Below are positions 46,117-55,058 of a stretch of DNA of 63,845 bases, piece after piece; within the stretch, counting starts at the first letter, position 1, and each line of letters opens with the position of its first letter. Location of the stretch: positions 1 through 63,845 of the forward strand of contig MWCF01000114.1 in the NCBI GenBank assembly GCA_002069855.1. The letters are read 5' to 3'. The position numbers and the translations under genes were made by a program. The DNA is from Elusimicrobia bacterium ADurb.Bin231. GTDB lineage: Bacteria; Elusimicrobiota; UBA8919; MWCF01. Under the pieces are notes generated by a model, which worked only from the letters and a program-made list of their open reading frames with translations, was not told the origin of the DNA and ran no database searches.

Positions 46117-47874
46117 ATGAAACAAAGAAAAGTAAGTTACTTTTTAGGGGCATTGGCAGTCATTGGTGTATTATATCTGAATTTTTTGCAGGATGCTTTC
46201 TTTGTATTGGAAAACAAGTCATACGATGTGCGGCTCAAACTGCGCGGAGTAAAAAAAAATTCGGGAATAAAAGATATAATAATTGTTTCCATTGACGAGG
46301 ACAGTTTAGATCATCTTGGCAGGTGGCCATGGGACCGTTCCATTCATGCTAAACTTGTCGATATACTTACCAAAGACGGCGCAAAAGTTATACTTTTCGA
46401 TATTTTGTTTCTTGAAAGAAGCAATCCGAACAGCGATAATAAATTAATTCTTGCAACCCAAAAATCAGGAAGAGTAATAAATGAAACGCTTTTTGAGTTT
46501 GAGGGTACTTCTGTTATAAAACAAAAAGCCCCTTTGCCTGGATTAGTGAAGCATTCATTAATGCTTGGCGCTCCAAATGTGTTTCCTGAATTGGATGGTG
46601 TTCTGCGTAGGGTTAAGCCCACATTTTTTTATGAGAACAAGTTTTATCCGCATGTTTCTCTTGCTGTGGCTTCCGCATATTTGAATAAGCCGTGGGAGGA
46701 AATGCTCGGCAACATTCCGGTTAATGATCTTGGCGAGATGATTGTTAATTATTGCGGGCCTTTCGGCACTTTCGAATATAAGCCCTATTATAAAATTCTT
46801 GCCGGAGATTTTGAAAAAAAATATTTTCGAGATAAAATAGTTTTGGTGGGTTACGCAGCTGCAGGACTTGGCGACAGACATGTTACCCCGCTTTCACATA
46901 TAACGCCAGGAATAGAAACCATAGCCAACAACATATACACAATCGTGCATTCCGATTACATATATTATTCTAAATGGTATGTAAGATTATTTTCTATATT
47001 AATCGTAGGCATTGCGATGCTCTTTTTCCTTCCTCGTCTTAACGCGTTGAAATCCACCTTGTTTGCCGCGAGTCTTCTTATTATATGGACCGGTGCGGCA
47101 TATTATTTCTTTGTTACCAGACAGGTATGGGTTGAATATGTTCCCACAACAACTCTAATAATTGTTTCTTACATTTCAATAACTTCATGGAGATTTGTTA
47201 CCGAAGAAAAAGAGAAACGTTGGCTTAAAAAAGCATTTGGCCAGTATTTGTCTCCTGCTGTTATCAATGAAATAATCAAAAATCCGCAGGCATTGTCTCT
47301 CGGAGGCAAAAGGCAGGAATTGACTGTTCTTTTTTCCGACATAAGAGGATTTACAACCATTTCAGAAGCATCTACTCCGGAAAACGTTGTTTCTCTTTTA
47401 AATGAATATCTTACAAAAATGACTGAAGTGGTTTTCCGTCAGGAAGGCACTTTGGACAAATTTATAGGGGATGCTGTAATGGCTTTTTGGAATGCCCCTA
47501 TTCCTCAGTCCGATCATGCTAAAAAAGCGGTTTTTTGCGCTATTGAAATGATGGAAGAATTGGAAAAATTAAAAAAGAAATGGACCAGTGAAGGCAAAGT
47601 GGTTATTGACATAGGAATCGGCGTTAATACCGGAGAAATGGTTGTCGGAAATCTCGGTTCCGTGGAAAGAATGGACTATACAGTTATAGGAGATAATGTC
47701 AATCTTGCGTCGCGGCTTGAAGGTTTGAATAAGGAATATAAAACTCATATCATTATTTCGGAATTCACATATAATTATGTCAAGGATTTTGTCGTTGCCA
47801 GATCCCTCGGTGCGGCAAAGGTTAAGGGCAAGGCAAAAGCAGTTGAAATCTATGCAGTGGAAGGAAGGAAATAA
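46117..47874 (+). CDS. CHASE2 sensor domain - class III adenylate/guanylate cyclase
   Basis: 'IVSIDEDSLDHLGRWPWDRSIHAKLVD' is CHASE2. TM segments follow. 'LTVLFSDIRGFT', 'KFIGDAVMAFWNAP', 'IGVNTGEMVVGNLGS..R.DYTVIGDNVNLASRLE' form the cyclase core. Confidence 0.85.
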   Translation: MKQRKVSYFLGALAVIGVLYLNFLQDAFFVLENKSYDVRLKLRGVKKNSGIKDIIIVSIDEDSLDHLGRWPWDRSIHAKLVDILTKDGAKVILFDILFLERSNPNSDNKLILATQKSGRVINETLFEFEGTSVIKQKAPLPGLVKHSLMLGAPNVFPELDGVLRRVKPTFFYENKFYPHVSLAVASAYLNKPWEEMLGNIPVNDLGEMIVNYCGPFGTFEYKPYYKILAGDFEKKYFRDKIVLVGYAAAGLGDRHVTPLSHITPGIETIANNIYTIVHSDYIYYSKWYVRLFSILIVGIAMLFFLPRLNALKSTLFAASLLIIWTGAAYYFFVTRQVWVEYVPTTTLIIVSYISITSWRFVTEEKEKRWLKKAFGQYLSPAVINEIIKNPQALSLGGKRQELTVLFSDIRGFTTISEASTPENVVSLLNEYLTKMTEVVFRQEGTLDKFIGDAVMAFWNAPIPQSDHAKKAVFCAIEMMEELEKLKKKWTSEGKVVIDIGIGVNTGEMVVGNLGSVERMDYTVIGDNVNLASRLEGLNKEYKTHIIISEFTYNYVKDFVVARSLGAAKVKGKAKAVEIYAVEGRK

Positions 47875-48561
47875 GTGTATTTTTTTTGGAATCTGTTGCT
47901 GGCTCATTTGCTTGCCGATTTTACTTTTCAAACCGACAGAATTGCCAAATGGAAAAGGGAAAATATTTCCGGAGTCTTTTTTCATGTGCTGATTTTTCTG
48001 TTTTTCGCTGTTGTCGTCAATTACCAATATCTTCCGCGCAGAGATTTTGCGTTGGCTTTATTATTGCTGGGAATAACACACGTGGTAGAAGACCAATGGA
48101 GAGTTATAAGCGTTACCAAATACCATTCTCACGATAATATATTTCTTTTCTTATATGACCAGTTGGTTCACATACTGCTTATTTTTATACTTGCGCCTGC
48201 TGATCCTCCATATGTTACCACGGAAAAATGGATTTATATTCTGCTGATCGGGATCATAGTAACTCATTTTGCGATGATTTTTATATATTTTCTTAAAAAA
48301 CTGTTTGATGAAAAAACATTATTTATAAGTAAAGAAAAATATCACGGGATAGTTGAACGGCTATTGATTTTCGGATGTTTTATCATACCAGGTAACTGGT
48401 TTTGGTTAGGTATTGTTACCATTGTTATGCTTGTAATAGTCGAACGCAGATTTATACGAAGATTTAAAAAAGACCTTGATTTTTCCGTGTTCAATATAGT
48501 CGCCTCAAATATTATTGCGGTACCTTGCGCAATTCTTGCAAGGCAAATCTGGCTGATGTAA
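47875..48561 (+). CDS. DUF3307 family membrane protein
   Basis: 'LLAHLLADFTFQTD' N-terminal signature. GTG start directly abuts the cyclase stop (TAA-GTG). Confidence 0.65.
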   Translation: MYFFWNLLLAHLLADFTFQTDRIAKWKRENISGVFFHVLIFLFFAVVVNYQYLPRRDFALALLLLGITHVVEDQWRVISVTKYHSHDNIFLFLYDQLVHILLIFILAPADPPYVTTEKWIYILLIGIIVTHFAMIFIYFLKKLFDEKTLFISKEKYHGIVERLLIFGCFIIPGNWFWLGIVTIVMLVIVERRFIRRFKKDLDFSVFNIVASNIIAVPCAILARQIWLM

Positions 48562-48796
48562 TATAAGGCGTATTTGATTTTCAGTTGATGTATTCTTTAT
48601 TCCGGCGGTTTCTTCCCCTTTGTTTCCAAAAAAAATAATATTCTTTTTTTTTATTCGTTTTTTTTACAATCGAAATTATATTTAAATCATTTATAAGCCA
48701 TTTTCCGTGTCAAATCAGGATATGTTTCGCAGGCATTATATCTCTTTTTTATTTTTTGCGGGCATATTTTCTTTGCGTGTTTTAATGAGTTTATGA

Positions 48797-48825
48797 TTGA
48801 CAACACAGGTAAAACTGTTTATAAT
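48797..48825 (+). promoter_or_regulatory. consensus sigma70 promoter of the pilin-like operon
   Basis: TTGACA (48797-48802), 17 nt spacer, TATAAT (48820-48825), 74 nt before ATG 48900. Confidence 0.5.
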
Positions 48826-48899
48826 TAATTATACAAAGACATAATTCATTTTGTTCTTAATAAAGGGAAAAAAAGCCATTCTTAATCCAACAATAATCT

Positions 48900-50153
48900 A
48901 TGAAAAAAAACCAAAGCGGATCAGCTATCACTATATTAATGATGATGTTTATTGTTATAAGTATTATTAGTTTTACCGGATACCAATTGATAACAACTGC
49001 TTACAAAGATGTAAAATACCAGCAAAACTGGGTTTTACAGGCGGGGAATGCTGCCCGCGCCGGTCTTGTTGACGCTATTTCATGGTTCAGACGCCAACCG
49101 AATCAACCTGTCAAAAGCGGTATTCCTCCTATTACATATTCATGGGTTGACGGTGCATTTGATCCTCATTTTTCAACGGATCCCGTTCATAGCGATACAA
49201 TAGATCAAAGCATAGGTATAGTGAAAGAGTATCAGTTGTCTGAAGACAATCTGATTTGGTGCAGATATGAGGTTAAAAGACAATCAGATACAGCGATATT
49301 CGCTTATGATCCTGAATCTGTTCACGATATTTCCGGAGAACGGCTGCACACTGGCGATCCAGAAGAGGGTAACGGTTCAGGAATAGTCTGGTATATATCC
49401 AGTACCGGTTATATATTCAGGAAACGCAGCGCTTTGTCGCCCTTTGATATTTCGCCTAATGAAATTGTCGCAAAAACACGGTGTTCTACGGAAATAAGAA
49501 GAATAAAACTTCAACCGCCAGGACAATGCGCGTACATAGTGGATAATGGAGGCACGAGCAGCAACAGAAAGGTAAGAATATACGCAAATGGTCGCATCTC
49601 AGGGTCCGGATATGTCGGTTGCGGAAGAAGAAGCGGTTCAGCTCCGCGAATCGAAACAGGCGCGTCTGTTACAGGCAATCCCGCGACTATTACCGGACTT
49701 AACAGTCCTACTGTGGAGTATGTTTTTGGAGTAACATCTGAAGAGTTGAAAACATTGTCGGACTATGCAGTGGATACTACCGCGACATTGCCTTTGTCTC
49801 TTCCTGATATGTCTCTTATTTATGTCAACGGGGATGCTGTTTTTGATTCTTCCAAACCTTTAAAAGCAAGCGGGATATTGTTCGTAAACGGCGATCTCAC
49901 GATAAGTAACGGCTCAAATAGTTATTACAGTGGGTTAATTTATGTTACAGGGAAAGCATACATATATCCTCCGTGTCTTATAAGCGGGTGTATTATTGCT
50001 TTTAACGGATTGACTCTTTCGCAAACAGGCGCCACAGATATAGCTGAGATCAATTATGATGTCGGGATATTAAATTCCGTGAAACAGCAGATATGTCAAT
50101 ACAGAGAAAATAAATCTTTATATCGTATTTATTCTGGTATTCCGGGAATGTGA
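48900..50153 (+). CDS. PilX_N-like pilus/pseudopilus assembly protein (no prepilin cleavage motif)
   Basis: 'SGSAITILMMMFIVISIISFTG...AGNAARAGLVDAISW' resembles the PilX N-terminal domain. The C-terminus has beta-helix-like 'IYVNGDAVF..SGILFVNGDLTISNG..GLIYVTGKAYI' repeats. Confidence 0.55.
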   Translation: MKKNQSGSAITILMMMFIVISIISFTGYQLITTAYKDVKYQQNWVLQAGNAARAGLVDAISWFRRQPNQPVKSGIPPITYSWVDGAFDPHFSTDPVHSDTIDQSIGIVKEYQLSEDNLIWCRYEVKRQSDTAIFAYDPESVHDISGERLHTGDPEEGNGSGIVWYISSTGYIFRKRSALSPFDISPNEIVAKTRCSTEIRRIKLQPPGQCAYIVDNGGTSSNRKVRIYANGRISGSGYVGCGRRSGSAPRIETGASVTGNPATITGLNSPTVEYVFGVTSEELKTLSDYAVDTTATLPLSLPDMSLIYVNGDAVFDSSKPLKASGILFVNGDLTISNGSNSYYSGLIYVTGKAYIYPPCLISGCIIAFNGLTLSQTGATDIAEINYDVGILNSVKQQICQYRENKSLYRIYSGIPGM

Positions 50154-50155
50154 TT

Positions 50156-53100
50156 ATGAAAACAAACAACAGGGGATTTACTTTAATAGAGGTAATAATA
50201 ACTGTAACCATATTGGCATTGCTGGTTATTCCGATTATTTCAATACATTCATATATGAGCCGTCATTCCGTTGTTATAAAAGAAAAAATCTTTACTACTC
50301 AAAAGGCACTGCAGATGATGGAAGAACTTCGCGGCTTGGTTGCAGGCACCGAAAAGAAACAAATAGATGTTCTTGACGATTATGACGATGGCGTGGTATT
50401 TAAAAATAATTTAACTACTGATAGAAATGTTGTTTCACCTGACGCTTCGCCAAGCGACAATGTTTTTACAGACGGCAAGTGGAAATATGTGAGAAGGATA
50501 TCGGTGATAAAGATGCCTGAAGAGCCATTTTCCAGAAAGGTTTATATAAGGGTGTATAAAAATACAGGGCAGAACCCGGAAAAACTTGCGGAAACTGTAA
50601 GCGTTCTCAAAACTATAGTTATGACTTATTCTCCGATACAGGTGGCGGATTTGTTCATTATAGCGATAGAGAATGTTCCCGGTTGGTGGTCGTCTTTATC
50701 TTTGATGCGGCCGATTATGGAAAGTATTCTGCAGGATCTTCAGACAAGATGTCCGAATCTTGAGATACGCGTCCATTGGATAACCCGGCTCGCGTTCGGA
50801 AGGGATTCGCAATATGTTCCGTATATAAACGATTCGTCTTATACCAATGATGTTTCTATGCCCTATGTGTATTTTTATCCCGGACGAATGAGGAAATCCG
50901 ACGGTGCTGATTTCCTTTTTTACGATTCCGATCTTTTTCAAAGCAGAATCAATCTGGATGATTCAATCAAGGAGAATAGCAGTTATCCGCTGGCGGATAT
51001 GTACAATCATGCAGTAAGATATCCGGACGAAGAACGGCTCTATAACGAGGCAGTGGCAGCTGCGAATTCCAAAGGTATGTCTCCGCCGGAAATAAGTTTG
51101 AGAATGCTTATTGAAAAGATGAATTCCTCGTCTCAGGTTTATAACAATATAATACTTATGAATCTTCACGGAGAATTGCTGCCTTTGCCTCCTATGAGAA
51201 ATTATTCTGACGCCGCAAAAGATCCTGAGAATTATCCATACGTAAGGGTTGTTTCTCATCCGGAAAGAATTCAGTATAATTCCGGCGATGCTGTTAAACT
51301 TCGCGTATATCCCTATGTTACGGAACCGTCTCTTTTTTCTTCTACTTCTGCTTTGCAGACTTTGTCGGTTTATTTACCTAATGATTATATTCTTCCGGGT
51401 CAAACTGTAGTTGAAAAGATAAATGGTAATGAAAACCATGATTATGAAAGAGTTACCGTGCTTGCCGGAACTGATACATATAATATTTCTTATCCTGCTG
51501 CAGGTGGAACTTTATTTACATTTTATGATAATCCTTTAAGACACGCTCCTAACGGGAATAAAGGTCTTCCGTTGGATAAATGGTTGTATGGTATGGAGTA
51601 TATTCCGTGCCCGGTTCATCCTGCTGGAACTCCGGAATTTACTTACGACCTGACCAATAATAATGCGAACAATCCAAAAAACACTGCCAGGTGGATAATA
51701 ACTTTTACCGCTGGAATTTTAGCGGACGGTATTCATACTATAGAGACAAGAATAGGAGAGGATATAACTGCTGGCGCTTTATCCAATAAACCGAGCAATC
51801 TTTCGCGCACATATACATGGGTGGGTGTTACTCCTCCGGTTACTGAGCAGTATCAGTTTATGGGTGATCCGCGGCATATGCCTTATAAAGATGTAAAGAA
51901 AACAGATCCGCCGAACCCTAAGGAACAGTATAATTGGTATTTTACTGATATAAATGAAGGAGATTATAAGGGATTTACTGAGGCGAGCAACGGTTGGGGC
52001 GATGACGGGGTTGATATTGATATACCAAGATTTTATCAAATGATTCGGCAGGGCTTGATGAATACTCAGGCAGTCTGGTCAGCTATGAATGGCTTTAGTT
52101 TTTATTATTACGGAATAGGCGGAGAATTCGGCTCAGATATGGAGCCTCTGCCTTACGGCATACCGTTTCGCAAGATGCCATGGAGCGCTACAGGAGAAAC
52201 GAGTTTTTTATATGTGGACGAAATACTTCCCTATTGCAACGGCAGTCCGAATGTGACTTACAATAAAGTAGTAGCGCGCACAGATAATTCCTGGTACGCG
52301 AAATACTGGCTTGGCGAATTGTATCCTGATTATGATTATTCCGTATGGAAAAGCACTGGCAATCTGCCAACCGGCGTTGGAAGATATTACAGAACAAATC
52401 ACGATACATTTACTTCATTCGGAAGAAACAGGACCAGAAGAACAGGTTCAAAGGGATGCTCCTCTTTCTTTAATGGAGGTTATTCCAGTAACAGGTGTTT
52501 TAAACATATATCTTCCGACTCCAGTTTCGGTGCCATAACTTCTCTCGGCAATAATATTGCTTCGATGTTTAATTTTCCTCTCTTATCGTCGATAAGTGCG
52601 CCCCGTCCGTTTTCATTAAATTATTCGGGAGATTATCCCACGGAATGGAACGAATCCGAATATAGTGCTCTTAGAACCGTATTGTCTATACCTCAAATAG
52701 ATTTGAATGAAAGAATATTTTACGATTCCAATTACAGTCCCTTTTCTTACGATGCGTGTTCAACTGTAAAAATGACAAAAGATACAGACACCGCGTATAT
52801 AGCGGTATCCGGCTTGGCTACACAAGCTAATTTCGGCACTGCGCAAATAGGCAAACTTGTGTTGGTAACATTGTTAAGGAGTTTTATGGACGGAGGGCTT
52901 TATTCCGGACAGGACAAAATATCTCAAATACCGTATGTGGATCTAAAAAAGCCGTTGATATCCGATACCTTTGATAATCCGTTAACGATTAATATTAATT
53001 GGGATGTCGTATGGAAGCGTTGGGATCTGGAAAAATATACTGAAGAGTATCCGGATGATTATGTTGAAACCACCCCGTTGGTGTATGCTGTTAAGTATTC

Positions 53101-53317
53101 CAACGATAACGGGAAGTCATGGTATTATTGTTTGGATGACACCCCTACATCAGCGGGAAAGAAAGATTATCCCATGTATACAACTACTTCTACGGATTAT
53201 TATTGGACCGTATCCTCAAAGCCTGCCGGCACTTATCTTATAAGAATAGAGTGCTACAGACGGGATATAGATCTCCATTACGGTTATGATCAGATTCAGG
53301 TCAATATAAGAAAATGA
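50156..53317 (+). CDS. giant (~1,053 aa) prepilin-type N-terminal cleavage/methylation domain protein
   Basis: 'MKTNNRG|FTLIEVIITVTILALLVIPII' is a class III signal peptide with Glu5. GTG 50150 is the alternative start and overlaps the upstream stop. Y/N/W/P-rich body. Asp-box-like 'YSNDNGKSW' near the C-terminus. Confidence 0.7.
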   Translation: MKTNNRGFTLIEVIITVTILALLVIPIISIHSYMSRHSVVIKEKIFTTQKALQMMEELRGLVAGTEKKQIDVLDDYDDGVVFKNNLTTDRNVVSPDASPSDNVFTDGKWKYVRRISVIKMPEEPFSRKVYIRVYKNTGQNPEKLAETVSVLKTIVMTYSPIQVADLFIIAIENVPGWWSSLSLMRPIMESILQDLQTRCPNLEIRVHWITRLAFGRDSQYVPYINDSSYTNDVSMPYVYFYPGRMRKSDGADFLFYDSDLFQSRINLDDSIKENSSYPLADMYNHAVRYPDEERLYNEAVAAANSKGMSPPEISLRMLIEKMNSSSQVYNNIILMNLHGELLPLPPMRNYSDAAKDPENYPYVRVVSHPERIQYNSGDAVKLRVYPYVTEPSLFSSTSALQTLSVYLPNDYILPGQTVVEKINGNENHDYERVTVLAGTDTYNISYPAAGGTLFTFYDNPLRHAPNGNKGLPLDKWLYGMEYIPCPVHPAGTPEFTYDLTNNNANNPKNTARWIITFTAGILADGIHTIETRIGEDITAGALSNKPSNLSRTYTWVGVTPPVTEQYQFMGDPRHMPYKDVKKTDPPNPKEQYNWYFTDINEGDYKGFTEASNGWGDDGVDIDIPRFYQMIRQGLMNTQAVWSAMNGFSFYYYGIGGEFGSDMEPLPYGIPFRKMPWSATGETSFLYVDEILPYCNGSPNVTYNKVVARTDNSWYAKYWLGELYPDYDYSVWKSTGNLPTGVGRYYRTNHDTFTSFGRNRTRRTGSKGCSSFFNGGYSSNRCFKHISSDSSFGAITSLGNNIASMFNFPLLSSISAPRPFSLNYSGDYPTEWNESEYSALRTVLSIPQIDLNERIFYDSNYSPFSYDACSTVKMTKDTDTAYIAVSGLATQANFGTAQIGKLVLVTLLRSFMDGGLYSGQDKISQIPYVDLKKPLISDTFDNPLTININWDVVWKRWDLEKYTEEYPDDYVETTPLVYAVKYSNDNGKSWYYCLDDTPTSAGKKDYPMYTTTSTDYYWTVSSKPAGTYLIRIECYRRDIDLHYGYDQIQVNIRK

Positions 53318-53322
53318 TAAAT

Positions 53323-54327
53323 ATGAAAAAAAGAACAAATGGTTTTACGCTTGTGGAATTGATAGTTGCCATTACTATAATGGCTATAATAACGCCTGTT
53401 ATGTCTATGGTTTTATTCTATGTGATTAAAGGTTTTTCTTCTTACGAGGCTATAAACAGCATAAATAAAAAAAATCAGGAAATGTTAAATAGAATATATA
53501 TGCGTATGAGCGTGAACAAAAGAATTTTTCAGAACACATCATCTGACAATCAATTCCTATCAAGGATTCAATTGACTAATTGTCCTTCGGTATTGGCTAA
53601 CAGCAAATTGGCAAAGATTGAGGAAGGCGGTTCCCTGTCTCCGGATACTACTACATTTATCGCGGCCAGCGCAGGGAACAGCTTGTTTTTTGGCAGTTAT
53701 GAGTTTGCATCTACTTTTAACAATGTCGCGGATTCAGACAGTTCCACTCATACAGTCAAAATCGATTTGTACAGATTTTATTATTATTACATCACAGCCG
53801 ACAATCCGCACAGCATTACTTCGAGACCGAGTTACAGGGGAATAGAGTGGAAGAGCATTCCTTATGTGGATTACAGGGAACTAATAAATATAACAAATTC
53901 AACCTTAAGGAGCAATACCGTAAAAAAAATATATGCTGCGGGCATTAGATACGGGTGGGATCCAGCTGCTACAGTCGCGTCCGGATCCTTTTATAGCTTG
54001 AATTCCAACGGCAATATAACATTGCAATCCGCTCATAATATCCAAAAAGACAAATATATTGATATAACAAAAATAGCTACAGGTATTATGGGCAGCGCTT
54101 ACAGATACGGAGTTTCTCCGAATACTGCGGGCTGGCCTCAAGCTCCGCTAAAAATACCTGAGTACGGAATAACAAATGGAAGTTTTCCCGGCGGATTTGA
54201 AACTGTTATTGTCGGTTCGTCGCGCGGCAGAAAAGTTCTTGTAAGATCCTCTATAGTTGCTCAGATAATGACCAGTTATGTTACAAGTCAATTGACAATA
54301 GTTTGTTCCGCAAGAGATGTCTGGTGA
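53323..54327 (+). CDS. prepilin-type N-terminal cleavage/methylation domain protein (PilW/GspK-sized minor pseudopilin)
   Basis: 'MKKRTNG|FTLVELIVAITIMAIITPVM'. The alternative ATG 53314 overlaps the upstream TGA (ATGA). Confidence 0.7.
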   Translation: MKKRTNGFTLVELIVAITIMAIITPVMSMVLFYVIKGFSSYEAINSINKKNQEMLNRIYMRMSVNKRIFQNTSSDNQFLSRIQLTNCPSVLANSKLAKIEEGGSLSPDTTTFIAASAGNSLFFGSYEFASTFNNVADSDSSTHTVKIDLYRFYYYYITADNPHSITSRPSYRGIEWKSIPYVDYRELINITNSTLRSNTVKKIYAAGIRYGWDPAATVASGSFYSLNSNGNITLQSAHNIQKDKYIDITKIATGIMGSAYRYGVSPNTAGWPQAPLKIPEYGITNGSFPGGFETVIVGSSRGRKVLVRSSIVAQIMTSYVTSQLTIVCSARDVW

Positions 54328-54412
54328 TATTTCGTAAATATGAAATCTGCGGAGATATTTTTCCGGCCGCGGGTTTTACTGCTTGGCCTTTTCTCTTCTT
54401 TTTTAAATTAAA

Positions 54413-54441
54413 TTGACAAGATTGTGATAATTTTGTATTAT
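54413..54441 (+). promoter_or_regulatory. sigma70-like promoter upstream of tRNA-Arg
   Basis: TTGACA (54413-54418), 17 nt spacer, TATTAT (54436-54441), about 95 nt before the tRNA 5' end. Confidence 0.4.
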
Positions 54442-54535
54442 TATAAAGTAAATTATATTATGTTTCTGGTTCTTCTTAAATTAACGTATCTGACAAATTT
54501 TTTTATACGAGAATTGCCTTGAACAAGATTGAACC

Positions 54536-54609
54536 GGGCTCGTAGCTCAACTGGATAGAGCGAACGGCTACGAACCGTTAGGTTAGGGGTTCAACTCCCC
54601 TCGAGCCCT
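54536..54609 (+). tRNA. tRNA-Arg (anticodon ACG), no encoded CCA
   Basis: Folded by hand. Acceptor GGGCTCG/CGAGCCC. D arm GCTC-AACTGGATA-GAGC. Anticodon arm AACGG-CTACGAA-CCGTT. T arm AGGGG-TTCAACT-CCCCT. Followed by a T-run. Confidence 0.9.
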
Positions 54610-54772
54610 ATTTATTTTTTGAAATGTATTTCAATACGTTTGCCGCGTGAAACTTAATCAGGGTTTATACTTGTGCCGCGAATGTTTGGCGAATGCATTC
54701 CATATGACCCAGGCATTAAATAAAAATAAGTTGTCGTTTCCATAATGCATTTCCCACTGCCTGCGTGAATAT

Positions 54773-55051
54773 ATGATATTTTTAATAACTTTATTGCTTA
54801 TAGCAGTAATTGCGATTATCGTTTCTCTTCAAAACGCGGAACCTGTAACAGTTGCTTTGCTTGCGTGGGAATTTGACGGTTCTCTTGCTCTGGTGATTGT
54901 TGTTGCGCTTCTTTTCGGATTTTTGTCTTGTTTTGTCGTAACCTTACCAGCGATTATTAAAAAAAACATTGAAATTTCCAGATATAAAAAGAAAGTTAAA
55001 GAGGCAGAAAATCAATCTGTCCGTTCAAATGCGGAAAATAAATCTGCGTAA
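54773..55051 (+). CDS. LapA-domain (DUF1049) small inner-membrane protein
   Basis: Two TM helices. 'IVSLQNAEPVTVALLAWEFDGSLALVIVVALLFGFL' is typical of the LapA_dom family. Confidence 0.65.
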   Translation: MIFLITLLLIAVIAIIVSLQNAEPVTVALLAWEFDGSLALVIVVALLFGFLSCFVVTLPAIIKKNIEISRYKKKVKEAENQSVRSNAENKSA

Positions 55052-55058
55052 TTCAGAT

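Noticed and set aside
46074-46295. A 73-aa ORF overlapping the start of the CHASE2 cyclase gene.
   Set aside because: It is in a different frame from a well-supported gene, has no motifs, and begins within a weak terminator-like hairpin after rpsI.
54328-54412. A possible terminator hairpin after the pilin-like operon (GGCC...GGCC followed by a T-rich run), and a 23-codon hydrophobic mini-ORF (ATG about 54351).
   Set aside because: The stem is only 4 bp with a 16-nt loop, and the mini-ORF has no SD. Both are too weak to call.
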